Shown here: positions 21,849 through 33,694 of the stretch, piece after piece
Layout of the letters: each line of letters begins with the position of its first letter
Numbering within the stretch: position 1 is the stretch's first letter
Source: Centroscyllium fabricii
Taxonomy: Eukaryota
NCBI GenBank assembly: GCA_051313645.2
Contig: JBNRSN020000003.1
Coordinates: 19,964,001 to 20,028,000 of the forward strand
Reading direction: 5' to 3'
Length of the DNA: 64,000 bases
Program-made: the position numbers and the translations under genes
Notes under the pieces: generated by a model
Told to the model about the DNA's origin: nothing
Database searches by the model: none
The model's input: only the letters and a program-made list of their open reading frames with translations

Positions 21849-23722
21849 GCAGTGTTGTAAACAAATAATGTCAGGCTTGCTGTCTCAGGTCCCAGATATA
21901 ATGCAGATGGACCTTCTCTCCCAGAACAACATCCCCATAAAAAGGAGGCATTTTCTACTGAAATGTTTCGTCGCTTCCAAGTGTTCCCTGCGGCTGTCTG
22001 CTGCATCGCCCAACCCCCCCCTGGCCCCCGCCGCCTGCGATGGGTTGGGTCAGGAGCCGTGCCCCGTGAACTGCCAGGAGCCCGACTATCCCACGCTCCA
22101 TCCGCGGCCCGTTTGGGTAAGGAGGCAGATGGGGTTTCTGCCGTTGTCCTCAGTACCCCAGGTCGCGGAAGGGGTGGGCACGGGGGCGAGAGTCCGAGCG
22201 AGCGACTGCTCCCGTTCACAATACGGTGGCTGCTGCCGGATAGTCTGTGTCTGTGTTTGTGACTGTGTCTGTGCGTACAGGCACGAGAGAGAGAGAGAGA
22301 GAGATTTTTTGCAAAGCAAAGCCCCGCAGTGCAGGCAGACAGACAGGAGAGAGCAATGCAGCTAGCAGGTCCGGCACACTCACCGCCGACCCGACCCGCA
22401 TGGAAGGCAGCAGCGACTCGTGTCGCTGGGAGACGATCTGCGCATGCGTCACATACCGCAAGAGCGCTGCAAGAGCGCCGCTCAATCCCTCCAAACTGAG
22501 CGCCGCTCACGTTTTCCCTCAGGCTGCTGGGAAAGAGCGCGCTCGTTCAGCGTTCACGAAAATGTGAACGCGCTCGTGAACGCGCGCTCATTTAGCGCGC
22601 TCACGGACAACACTGTCCAGGGGGACGACCGCTACGACCTGGTCTTCTCGGCCCTACCGCAATCGGATGTGGTCGAAGCTTCAGCGCGTGCCCGCGGTAG
22701 GCAGGTATGAGTTCCTCAAGGCCGCGCTACTTAAAAAATTTACCCCCTCCCAATTCGAGCGCGACTGCCAACTCCTTAACCTCCCCGAACTCGGGGACGC
22801 AGACCCATCGGACCTTTGGGGCCAAATGCAAGCGCTCACCGCCGATCCCGCCTCCCTGTTCCGCACCATATTCCTCCTTAAACTACCCCGCTCCATCAGA
22901 CCGGCCCTGGCGGCCCTCTGCCACCAGAGCGGGGACGAGCTAGCCGAGGAAGCCGATAGGCTCATGGCGGCTGAGCGCTCCCGCTCCACCACGTGCGACC
23001 TCAATGCCGCGGCAATCGAGCGCAACCACTCGCCCCCCAGGTCCAACCCAACGCCTGAACCCAGGCCCCCGCGCCCTCCCAGGCTACCGCGTCCATCAAG
23101 CACCGGCTGGTGCTACTACCACACGCGGTTCGACACTAAAGCGCACCGCTGCGTACAGCCCTGCACATTCAACCCACGGCCCGGCCCAGCCCCCACTATG
23201 TCTGTAGGACACACCGGAGCACTGCTCTACGTCACAGACAGCGGCACAGGCCTCCGGTTCCTCTGCAACACAGGCGCACAGCACAGCATCGTGCCAGCCT
23301 CCCCAGCAGAAGTCAAAAAAGGTACCCGGGGCCCGCCACTCGCAGCGGTCAACTGCTCAGATATTAAAACGTACGGCACCCGCAAGCTCACAATCCAGCT
23401 TGCCGGCCACACGTACCACTGGGAGTTTGTCACGGCCCAGGTCACTTCACCCCTCCTCGGGGCAGATTTCCTTTGCGCCCACGGCCTCCTGGTCGACATG
23501 ACCCGGCGCCGCCTGGTCGACATTCACAACATGTCGACCATCCCATGCTCCACAAGGCCCGCACTCCTGGCCCACGCGGCGGCACAATGCCGCGCCCGGA
23601 ACTCTGACGCATACGGCACGCTCCTCGCTGAGTTCCCCACCCTTACCAATCCCACCTTCACCGCCCGCACGGCCAAACACGGGGTGGAACACTTTATCAC
23701 CACCTCCGGCCCTCCCGTGCAT

Positions 23723-24775
23723 CAGTGTTGGCCGTGACCGCGCTAAATGAGCGCGCGTTCACGAGCGCGTTCACATTTTCGTGAACGCTGAACGAGCGCG
23801 CTCTTTCCCAGCAGCCTGAGCGAAAACGTGAGCGTCGCTCGTTTTGGAGGGAGTGAGCGGCGCTCTTCACGAGTCTGAATCGCTGCTGCTTGGGTCGGCG
23901 TCTCCAAGCCATCGGGACGGTAAGTGTCTCTGTCTGCACTGAATGCTCTGCGGGGCAAAATCTCTCTCTCTCTCTGTCTCCACAGTGCTCTGCGGGGCAA
24001 AATCTCTCTCTCTCTCTCTCTCTCTGTCTGCACAGTGCTCTGCGGGGCAAAATCTCTCTCTCTCTCTCTCCTTTTTAGAAAGATAGGAGCAGGAGTAGGC
24101 CATTCAGCCCTTCAAGCCTGCTCCACCATTCAATGAGATCATGGCTGATCATCCAAACCCTGTAACCCGCCCCTGCCCTCTCCCCATATCCCTCGATCCC
24201 GCACCGACACATATCCCACCCTATTCCCATATATTCAATCTCCCTAACACTAAGGGTAAATTTATCCTGGCCAATCAACCTAACCCTGCACAATCAACCT
24301 AACCCTGCACAATCAACCTAACCCTGCACATCTTTGGACTGTGGGAGGAAACCGGAGCACCCGGAGGAAACCCACGCAGACACGGGGAGAATGTGCAAAC
24401 TCCACACAGATAGTACCCAAGGCTGGATTTGAACCCGGGTCTCCAGTGCTGTGAGACAGCAGTGCTAAGCACTGTGCCACCGTGCCACCCTATATACTCA
24501 GCCTGTGTATATGCATACAGACAGTTCTCTATATCGGATATTTGTTCCTCCTGCTTCATAATTTGCTTTGAGGATGTTCTATTGAAAAATAATAGCTCGG
24601 GGCAGCGCATTAGAAGAAAAGAAAAAAAAACGAACTTTGAACTAGTTCATTTTTGAGCTGCGAACTTAAGTTCAAAATTCAAAATTATGAACTATGAACT
24701 TGAACTAGTTCATTTTAAAATGATTGAACTGAACTTTGAGCTAGCTCTTGTTAAGTGTGAACTTTCCCAACACTG
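23723..24775 (-). mobile_element. Non-autonomous hAT element containing an HE1 SINE
   Basis: TIRs CAGTGTTGG/CCAACACTG, perfect 8-bp TSD CCGTGCAT (23715-23722 and 24776-24783). Interrupts PPVH|AHARRL. Confidence 0.93.
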
Positions 24776-27339
24776 CCGTGCATGCCCACGCCCGCAGGCT
24801 GGACCCGGCCAAGCTGGAGATTGCGCGCACCGAGTTCCGCACCATGGAGCAACTCGGCATAATCCGCCGCTCCAACAGCCCCTGGGCCTCTCCCATCCAC
24901 ATCGCTCCCAAGCCGGGCGGAGTCTGGCGCCCCTGCGGCGACTACCGCCGCCTCAACAACGCCACTACCCTGGATAGGTACCCCGTACCCCACATCCAGG
25001 ATTTCTCCGCCAGGCTAGCGGGCTGCACAGTCTTCTCTAAGATCGACCTGGTGCGTGGCTACCACCAGGTCCCGGTGCACCCGGCGGATGTCCCCAAGAC
25101 AGCCGTAATTACCCCCTTCGGCCTCTTCGAGTTCCTTAGGATGCCCTTTGGACTCAAAAACGCGGCCCAGGCCTTTCAGCGCCTAATGGACTCGGTCCTA
25201 CGGGACTTGCAGTTCATTTTCGTCTACTTAGACGACATCCTCGTGGCCAGCGCCTCACCCCAGGAGCACCTCCTGCACCTCAGGACCCTGTTCCAGCGCC
25301 TGACCGAACACGGCCTCATATTAAGCCCCTCTAAATGCAAATTCGGCCTCGAGATCATAGACTTCCTCGGCCACCGCATTTCCAAAACCGGGGCCATACC
25401 CCTGCCCTCCAAGGTGCAGGCAGTTCAGGAATTCCCCCGCCCGCACTCCATTAAGGGCCTGCAGGAATTCCTCGGGATGGTTAACTTCGATAACCGCTTC
25501 ATCCCAGGTGCAGCCGCTCTCATGGCTCCCCTATCCCAGGCCACACGCGGGCAGTCCGGCAAAACTGCGGTCGAGTGGACGGCCGACGCCGCCACCGCCT
25601 TTACCGCAACCAAAACCGCCCTGGCCAACGCCACCCTCCTAGCCCACCCCAGGCCCAACGCCAGAGTGGCCCTCACCACTGACGCCTCCGACCACGCTGT
25701 CGGGTCCGTTTTCCAACAGTGGACCGGCAACTCTTGGCAGCCCCTGGCCTTTTTCAGCCGGCAACTTCGGCCCCCGGAGGTTAAGTACAGCGCCTTCGAC
25801 AGGGAGCTCCTCGCTCTCTACCTCGCAGTGCGCCATTTTCGCTTCCTCCTGGAGGGCCGTCCCTTCACAGCTTTCGTCGATCACAAGCCGCTCATTTTTG
25901 CAATGGCTAAGATTGCCGAACCCTGGTCGGCCAACTCGCCAGCCGTGTCAGAGTTCACTACCGACATCCAACACATCTCCGGCCGCGACAACGTGGTTGC
26001 TGACTGCCTGTCACGTCCCACAATTAACGCCGCCCAAATGGCGGTCGACTACGCCAAGCTGGCAGCAGACCAGCTGGCGGACCCAGACCTGCTCGACCCA
26101 GCAGAAAACCTCCCTGGCCTACGCTTGGCCAACATCGCACATGGCCCCGCGGCCACCGTAGTCTGCTGCGACGTTTCGTTACCGCAGCCCAGACCTGTCG
26201 TCCCCCACGCATGGAGGCGGCACATTTTCGAGACCCTCCATGGCCTGTCCCACCCTGGCACCCGCGCTTCCATCAAACTAATTTCGGCCCGTTTTGTGTG
26301 GCGCGGCCTACGCAAAGACGTCCGCGCCTGGACCAACGCCTGCATTGCCTGCCAGCGCGCCAAGGTGCACAAGCACATCAAGGCACCGCTGGAAACATTC
26401 ACCGTGCCGGCCATACGCTTCGACCATGTCCATGTCGATCTCGTCGGACCACTACCGCCATCCCGGGGCCACACACACGTCATGACCATGGTCGACCGCA
26501 ACACTCGCTGGCCAGAAGCAGTCCCCCTCGTTGCTACCAGCACCACGGACTTGGCCAGGGCGTTCATCGCCACCTGGGTCGCCCGTTTCGGCATGCCCAC
26601 CGACATCACGTTGGACAGAGGTCCCCAATTTACCTCGGCACTATGGGCGGCCATCGCCCGCGACCTCGGGGTAACCCTACATCGAACCACCGCATACCAC
26701 CCACAAGCTAACGGGCTCTGCGAAAGGTTCCACCGCTCCATGAAAGCATCCCTGCGGGCCAGCCTCAAAGACGCATCATGGACCGACCGTCTTCCGTGGG
26801 TACTGCTCGGGCTACGCTCGGCAGCCAAAGAGGGTCTACACGCCTCAGCAGCGGAACTCGTCTACGGCCAGACTTTAACAGTGCCGGGCGAGTTCCTCGC
26901 CGAATCAAACGCTCCCTGGTCGGCCGACCAGTTCCTCAAGGACTTCGCCAACCCAGCACGAGCGTTCAAACCATTACCGGTGGCCCGGCACGGAGAGCCG
27001 GCAGCACGTGTACCGGACAGCATCAAACACGCGAAGTACGTGTTTGTCCGGCACGACGCCCATCGCTCGCCGCTACAGCCAACTTATGACGGCCCCTACA
27101 GAGTGCTTCGGGCGGGATCCAAAGCTTTTCAGCTACAGCTGGGCAATCGGACAGAAACTGTCTCTATCGACCGGCTAAAACCGGCACACGTTATAGCGGG
27201 CGACGCGACAGTCCCCGCCCAACCACCTCAACGCGGACGCCCTCCCGCACCAACACCCTCCCACACTCCACCGCAGAACAAGGAACAACGCACGACACGT
27301 GCCGGCCGCATCTTACGGCCACCACAACGCCTCACATAG
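24776..27339 (+). CDS. Gypsy pol: reverse transcriptase, RNase H and integrase (open frame in a defective provirus)
   Basis: ORF 24748..27339: YLDD, TTDASD, HHCC (HGLSH...CIAC), DDE (VDLVG, LDRG, CERF) and a GPY motif. Confidence 0.93.
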
Positions 27340-27377
27340 ACTCTTTCTCCTCTCGGACGGATTCTGGGGGGGAGCTG

Positions 27378-27613
27378 TGTGGCGGCACACCAGACTGACG
27401 AATCCGCCTCGGGAGTTCTGCGAGGCATAGCCCCGCCCACCGGGTGACGCGATGACGTCACCACGTCTCTCAGCGTGATGAGGTCACTAAGCGGGTAGTT
27501 TAAATAAGCCTGCTCCTCGTGGTTTACTCTCTTTCTTGCTTAGTAATGTAATTAAACAAGTGTTATCTGTCTCTCCGGCTCCTGTGTGGTTCTTGGGTCC
27601 TGCAAGCGCTGCA
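27378..27613 (+). repeat. Gypsy 3' LTR
   Basis: Direct repeat of 19614-19849, preceded by the PPT. Confidence 0.95.
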
Positions 27614-29888
27614 TTACCATTGAAAAAGGAATTATTTAATAAATACAGGCAACATTACTTGAGGGAAGCCAGCTGGGCAAGGTGGCCCTAATTAAAGAAA
27701 TAGATAGCTTTCCCTCCAGATAGTTTTGAAAATGGCTGCAGACGATGACAAAAAAGGTACTTTATGTCTCAGCCATGACAAACTGGCCAATTTTAAAATG
27801 CAGCATAGACAGATTTTCCTCTTTTTGTAATACCCTTCTCCTAGGAGACGCCGAAACTCCCATATTGGTGGGTACAGTTCCACAACCATCACAGCCAGAT
27901 GATACCAAACTCAAGTCTTTCGGATGAGGCATTAAACCGAGGACCCGTCTGCTCTCTCAGGTGGTTGCAAAAGATCCCATGGCCACTATTTTGAAGAGGA
28001 GCAGGGGAGTTATCCCCGGTGTCCTGGCCAATATTTATTGTTCAATCAACAACATTAAAACAGATAAACTGGTCATTATCACTTTGCTGTTTGTGGGAGC
28101 TTGCGTTTTTTTATTCGTTCATGGGATGTAGGCGTCGCTGGCAAGGCCAGCGTTTATTGCCCATCCCTAGTTGCCCTCGAAAAGGTGGTGGTGAGCCGCT
28201 GCAGTCCGTGTGGTGAAGGTGCTCCCACAGTGCTGTTATGGAGGAAGTTCCAGGATTTTGATCCAGTGACGATGAAGGATCGCCGATATACTTCCAAGTC
28301 AGGATGGTGTGTAACTTGGAGGGAAACATGCAGGTGATGGTGTTCCCATGTGTCTGCTGCCCTTGTCCTTCTAGGTGGTAGAGGTCACGGGTTTGGGAGG
28401 TGCTGCCGAAGAAGCCTTGGCGAATTGCTGCAGTGCATCTTTTAGATGGTACACACTGCAGCCACGGTACGCCAATACTGGAGGGAGTGAATGTTTAAGG
28501 TGGTGGTGGATGGGGTGCCAATAAAGCAGGCTGCTTTGTCCTGGATGGTGTGGAGCTTCTGGAGTGTTGTTGGGAGTTGCACTCAACCAGGCAAGTGGAG
28601 AGTATTCATCATACTCCTGACTTGTGCCTTGTAGATGGTAGAAAGACTTTGGGGAGTCAGGAGGGGAGACACTCGGAAAGAATACCCAGCCTCTGATCTG
28701 TTCTTGTTGCCACAGTGTTTATGTGGCTGGTCCAGTTATGTTTCTGGTCAACGGTGACCCCCAGGATGTTGATGCTGAGGGATTCGGCGATGGTAATGCC
28801 GTTGAATGTCAAGGGGCGGTGGTTAGACTCTCGCTTGTTAGAGAGTCATTGCCTGACATTTCTGTGGTGCGAATGTTACCTGCCACTTATCAGCCCAAGC
28901 CTGAATGTCGTCCAGGTCTTGCTGCATGCGGGCATGGACTGCTTCATTATCCGAGGAGTTGCGAATGGCACTGAACACTGTGCAGTCATCAGCGAACATT
29001 CCCACTTCTTACCTTATGATGGGGGGAAGGTCATTGATGAAGCAGCTGAAGATGCTTGGGCCTAGGACACTGCCCTGAGTAACTCCAGCAGCGATGTCCT
29101 GGGGCTGTGATGATTGACCTCCAACAACCACAACCATCTTCCTTTGTGTTAGATATGACTCCAGCCAGTGGAGTGTTTTCCCCGATTCCCATTGACTTCA
29201 GTTTTACTTGGGCTCCTCGATGCCACACTCAGTCAAATGCTGCCTTGATGTCAAGGGCAGTCACTCTCACCTCCCCTCTGGAATTCAGCTCTTTTGTCCA
29301 TGCTTGGACCAAGGCTGTAATGAGGTCTGGAGCAGAGTGGTCCTGATGGAACCCAAACTGAGCATTGGTGAACAGGTTATTGGTGAGTGAGTGCCGCTTG
29401 ATAGCACTGTCGATGACACCTTCCATCACTTTGCTAATGATGGAGAGTAGACAGATGGGGTGGTAATTGGCCAGATTGGATTTGTCCTGCTTTTTGTGGA
29501 CAGGACATACCTGGGCACTTTTCCACACTGTAGGCTAGATGCCAGTGCTGTCGCTGTACTGGAACAGCTTGGCTAGAGGCGCGGCGAGTTCTGGAGCACA
29601 AGTCTTCAGAACGACAACCGGGATGTTGCCAGGGCCCATAGCCTTTGCTGTACCCAGTACGCTCAGCTGTTTCTTTATATCACGTGGAGTGAATCGAATT
29701 GGCTGAAGACTGGCTTCTGTGATGGGGGGACCTCAGGAGGCCGATATGGATCATCCACTCGGCACTTCTGGCTGGAAACGCTTCAGCTTTGTCTTTTGCA
29801 CTCACGTGCTGGGCTCCACCATCATTGAGGATGGGGATATTCATGGAGCCTCCTCCGCCCGTTAGTTCTTTAATGGTCCACCACCATT

Positions 29889-31359
29889 AATTAAGGATAG
29901 TCAGCATGGCTTCGCCAAGGGAAGATCATGTCTGACTAATTTGATTGAATTTTTTGAAGGGGTGACCAGGTGTGTGGATGAGGGTAGTGCAGTGGATGTG
30001 GTATACATGGATTTCAGTAAGGCTTTTGATGAGGTCCCGCATAGGAGACTGGTCAAGAAGGTAAGAGCCCATGGGATCCAGGGCACCTTGGCACAGTGGA
30101 TCCAAAACTGGCTTAGTGACAGGAGACAGAGGGTGATGGTCAAAGGTTGTTTTTGTGATTGGAAGCCTGTGTCCAGTGGGATACCGCAGGGATCGGTGTT
30201 GGGTCCCTTGCTGTTTGTAGTCTATATTAATGATTTAGATATTAATGTAAAAGGCATGATCAGTAAGTTTGCAGATGACACAAAAGTTGGGGGGTTGGTA
30301 AATAGCGAGGAGGAAATCCGCAACATGCAGGACAACATAGATGAGTTGGTCAGATGGGCGGAACAGTGGCAAATGGAATTTAATCCTGAAAAGTGTGAGG
30401 TGATGCATTTTGGTAGGTCTAACATGGCAAGGGAATACACCATGAATGGTAGGACGCTAGGGAAGACAGAGGATCAGAGGGACCTTGGTTTGCAGGTACA
30501 TAGGTCCCTGAAGGCAGCAGGACAGGTGGATAAGGTGGTTAAAAAGGCAAATGGGATACTTGCCTTCATTAGCCGAGGCATAGAATATAAGAGCAGGGAG
30601 GTTATGATGGAGCTGTACAAAACGCTGGTAAGGCCACAGCTGGAGTACTGTGTGCAGTTCTGGTCGCCACACTATAGGAAGGATGTAATAGCTTTGGAGA
30701 GGGTGCAGAGGAGATTCACCAGGATGCTGCCTGGGATGGAGAGCTTCAGCTATGAAGAGAGACTGGATAGGCTGGGGTTGTTTTCCTTGGAGCAGAGGAG
30801 GCTGAGGGGGGATCTGATTGAGGTGTACAAAATGATGAGGGGAATAGATAAGGTGGATGGAGTGGCACTTTTTCCCTTGGTAGAGGGGTCAATAACTAGG
30901 GGGCATAATTTCAGGGTAAGGGGCAGGAGATATCGTGGGGATGTGAGGAAGAACTTTTTCACCCAGAGGGTGGTGGGAATCTGGAACTCACTGCCTGAGA
31001 GGGTGGTAGAGGCGGGAACCCTCACAACATTCAAGAACATTGTGAGGGTTCCATATGTGCGTTCTTTAAGTCAGCTTCTCTTTCACCTGAGGAAGGAGCA
31101 GACGCTCCGAAAGCTTGTGATTTAAAATAAAACTGTTGGACTATAACCTGGTGTTGTGTGACTTCTTGCATTTGTCCACCCCAGTCCAACACCGGCACCT
31201 CCACAACATTCAAGAAGCATTTGGATGAGCACCTGAAACGCCACAGCATTCAAGGCTATGGACCAAATGCGGGAAAATGGGAGTAGTATAGACTGGGATT
31301 GATGGGCGGCACGGACGCAAAGGGCTGAAGGGCCTCTTTCTGTGCTGTATTACTCTATG
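29889..31359 (+). mobile_element. CR1 LINE, 5'-truncated, near-intact RT
   Basis: ORF 29941..31125 (DFSKAFD, GIPQGSVLGP, FADDTK). ACCATT on both flanks is a possible TSD. Confidence 0.93.
31042..31201 (+). mobile_element. Penelope-like terminal repeat with a minimal hammerhead motif
   Basis: Same tail as 57960-58050 and 59720-59836. Flanked by a duplication of CACAACATTCAAGAA(G)CATT. Confidence 0.82.
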
Positions 31360-32045
31360 ACCATTCGCAACTGGATGTGACAGGACTGCAGAGCTTTGAT
31401 CCGATCCGTTGTTTGTGGAATCGCTTAGCTTGGTCTATAGCATGCTGCTTCCACTGTTTAGCACGCATGTAGTCCTGTGTTGCAGCTTCCCCAGGTTGGC
31501 TCCTCAATTTAGATGCGCCTGGTGCTGCTCCTGGCATGCTCTTCTACACTCCTTATTGAACCAGGGTTGGTCCCCTGGCTTGATGGTAACGGTAGAGAGT
31601 GAGGGATATGGCGGGCCATGAGGTTACGGATTGTGGTGGAATACAATTCTGCTGCTGCTGATGGCCCACAGTGCCTCATGGATGTCCAGTTTTGAGCTAC
31701 TAAATCTGTTCTGAATCTATCCCATTTAGTACAGTGGCAATGCGATGGAGTGTGTTCTCAGTGTGAAGACGGGATTTTGCCTCCACAATATCTGTGCGGT
31801 AGTCACTGCTACCAATGTTGTCATGGACAGATGCATTTGCGACAGGTAGATTGGTGAGGACGGGGTCAAGTAGGTTTTTCCCCTCGTGTTGGTTTTCTCA
31901 CCATCTGCCATAGTCATAGTCTGGCAGTTATGTCTTTCAGGACTCTGCCAGTTCCGACAGCAGTGATGCTACCAAGCCACTCTTGGTGATGAACACTGAA
32001 GTCCCCCCACCCAGAGTACATTCTGTGCCCTCGCTACTCTGTGCT

Positions 32046-33045
32046 TACATAGAAACATAGAAGATAGGAGCAGGAGTAGGCCATTCGGCCCTTCGAGCCT
32101 GCTCCGCCATTCAATGAGATCATGGCTGATCATCCAAACCCAGCACCCCGTCCCTGCCTTGTCCCCATATCCCTCGATCCCTATCGAGCCTGCACCGACA
32201 CATATCCCACCCTATCCCCGTAACCCCACATATTCAATCCCCCTATCACTAAGGGTCAATTTATCATGAGCAATCAACCTAACCCGCACATCTTTGGACT
32301 GTGGGAGGAAACCGGAGCACCTGGAGGAAACCCACGCAGAGAATGTGCAAACTCCACGCAGATAGTCACCCGAGGCCGGATTTGAACCCGGGTCTCCAGT
32401 GCTGTAAGGTAACAGTGCTAACCACTATGTGGCACGGTGGCACAGTGGTTAGCACTGTTGCCTCACAGCGCTAGAGACCCGGGTTCAAATCCGGCCTCGG
32501 GTACTATCTTGTGTGGAGTTTGCACATTCTCCCCGTGTCTGCATGGGTTTCCTCCGGGTGCTCCGGTTTCCTCCCACAGTCCAAAGATGTGCGGGTTAGG
32601 TTGATTGGCCAGGATAAATTGACCCTTAGTATTAGGGCGATTGAATATGTGGGGGTTCCGGGGATAGGGTGGGATATGTGCCGGTGCAGATAGGGATCGA
32701 GGGATATGGGGAGAGGGCAGGGGCGGGGTACTGGGTTTGGATGATCAGCCATGATCTCATTGAATGGCGGAGCAGGCTTGAAGTGCTGAATGGCCTACTC
32801 CTGCTCCTATCTTCTATGTTTCTATAATCAATCCCCCTAATATTAAGGGTCAATTTATCATGACCAATCAACCTAACCCGCACATCTTTGGACTGTGGGA
32901 GGAAACCGGAGCACCCGGAAGAAACCCACGCAGACACGGGGAGAATGTGCAAACTCCACACAGGTAGTACCCGAGGCCGGATTTAAACCCGGGTCTCTAG
33001 TGCTGTGAGGCAACAGTGTTAACCACTATGCCACCGTGCCGCCCT
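32046..33045. mobile_element. Three abutting HE1 SINEs in -/+/- orientation
   Basis: Minus 32046-32429, plus 32430-32825, and a minus-strand 5' half at 32826-33045. Confidence 0.9.
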
Positions 33046-33401
33046 TCTTCCAAGTGGTGTACTGTGCGCAAATTGGCTGCCACGTTTCCTACATTACAAC
33101 AGTAACTACATTTCAAAAAGTACTTCATTGGCTGTAAAGTACTTTCGGACGTCCAGTGGTCGTGAAACAAACAATATAAATGCAGGTCTTTCTTTCTTTT
33201 TTAGTGTGCTTGTCCATTGACCCCTGGGGAAGTAACTATACATATACTGAAAACTGCAAAGAACAGTCAAAAATGTAACAGCTAGCAGGATATCAGAGGA
33301 TCAGAAAATTACATATTAGGTTTTCCACTTAAAAAAAATGGTTTTTAAACAGATAAAACAGACTAAAGAATGAAAAACAATTGTAGGCAATAGTGTCTTA
33401 C

Positions 33402-33468
33402 CTGCTGCATTGGGAATAAGTGGCTTTGAAGCATGATGTCGAACTGTATGACCAAATTCTTCAACAAG
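33402..33468 (-). CDS. NEK1: NEK1 coding exon (LVEEFGHTVRHHASKPLIPNAA)
   Basis: 67 nt, tag acceptor, gtaag donor, phase 0/1. The EEF motif follows the kinase domain, and the phase fits the next exon. Confidence 0.85.
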
Positions 33469-33694
33469 CTAGAAATGTAGGTAGCAAAAAAGAGCAGATG
33501 ATGAATTACCGTTCTTCAAATTGTTATTCTTCATATTCCGTGGGTACGTCAGCCAACATATCCCACTACCGTTAGGAAATTTTAATCTTGCATCACTTCA
33601 ACATTCCTTCCCACTCATTTTTTTCCTCTAAATTTGAATTTATTATCAAGTTGCATTAGCGATGTACACACTTTTCTCAGATCATTAGGGGAAT

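Larger units (their letters stand above)
20088..22615 (+). mobile_element. Composite non-autonomous hAT element
   Basis: CAGTGTTG left end. CAACACTG right ends at about 21204, 21389 and 22615. Outer flanks TCCAGGGT/TCCAGGGG form an 8-bp TSD with 1 mismatch. Confidence 0.88.
19941..23722 (+). pseudogene. Gypsy gag-protease region, split by an hAT insertion, frameshifted, protease DTG changed to NTG
   Basis: LPEFWEQRPAAW...HGIQG (19941-20087) continues as DDRYDLVFSALP after 22616, then shifts into ORF 22667..23737 (WCYYHTRF...HRC..PC knuckle, FLCNTGA, LLGADFL). Confidence 0.88.
19614..27613 (+). mobile_element. Full-length Ty3/Gypsy LTR retrotransposon, disrupted by two hAT insertions
   Basis: 236-bp TG...CA LTRs, TTAC TSD (19610-19613 and 27614-27617), PBS, G-rich PPT at about 27366-27374, domain order gag-PR-RT-RH-IN. 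Confidence 0.96.
28105..33060 (-). mobile_element. Degraded LINE of a second CR1-group family (RT region to 3' end), with nested insertions
   Basis: ORF 29229..29528 (WKSAQVCPVHKK...NYHPICLLS...QFGF...LDIKAAFD). A-rich tail at about 28105-28120. Clade not resolved. Confidence 0.8.
27915..33200 (+). mobile_element. Deu-type (SacSINE1-like) SINE split by about 5 kb of nested elements
   Basis: ...TGTGGGAGCTTGC stops at about 28104 and TGTGCGCAAATTGGCTGCC resumes at about 33064. The two parts are contiguous in the 34480 copy. Confidence 0.75.

Noticed and set aside
24748-27339. Domesticated Gypsy-derived host gene
   Set aside because: It sits between young paired LTRs with a TSD, its annotated start lies in hAT sequence, and gag/protease are damaged.
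32430-32500. tRNA genes suggested by A/B boxes
   Set aside because: These are tRNA-derived SINE heads that run directly into V-domain or other SINE bodies.
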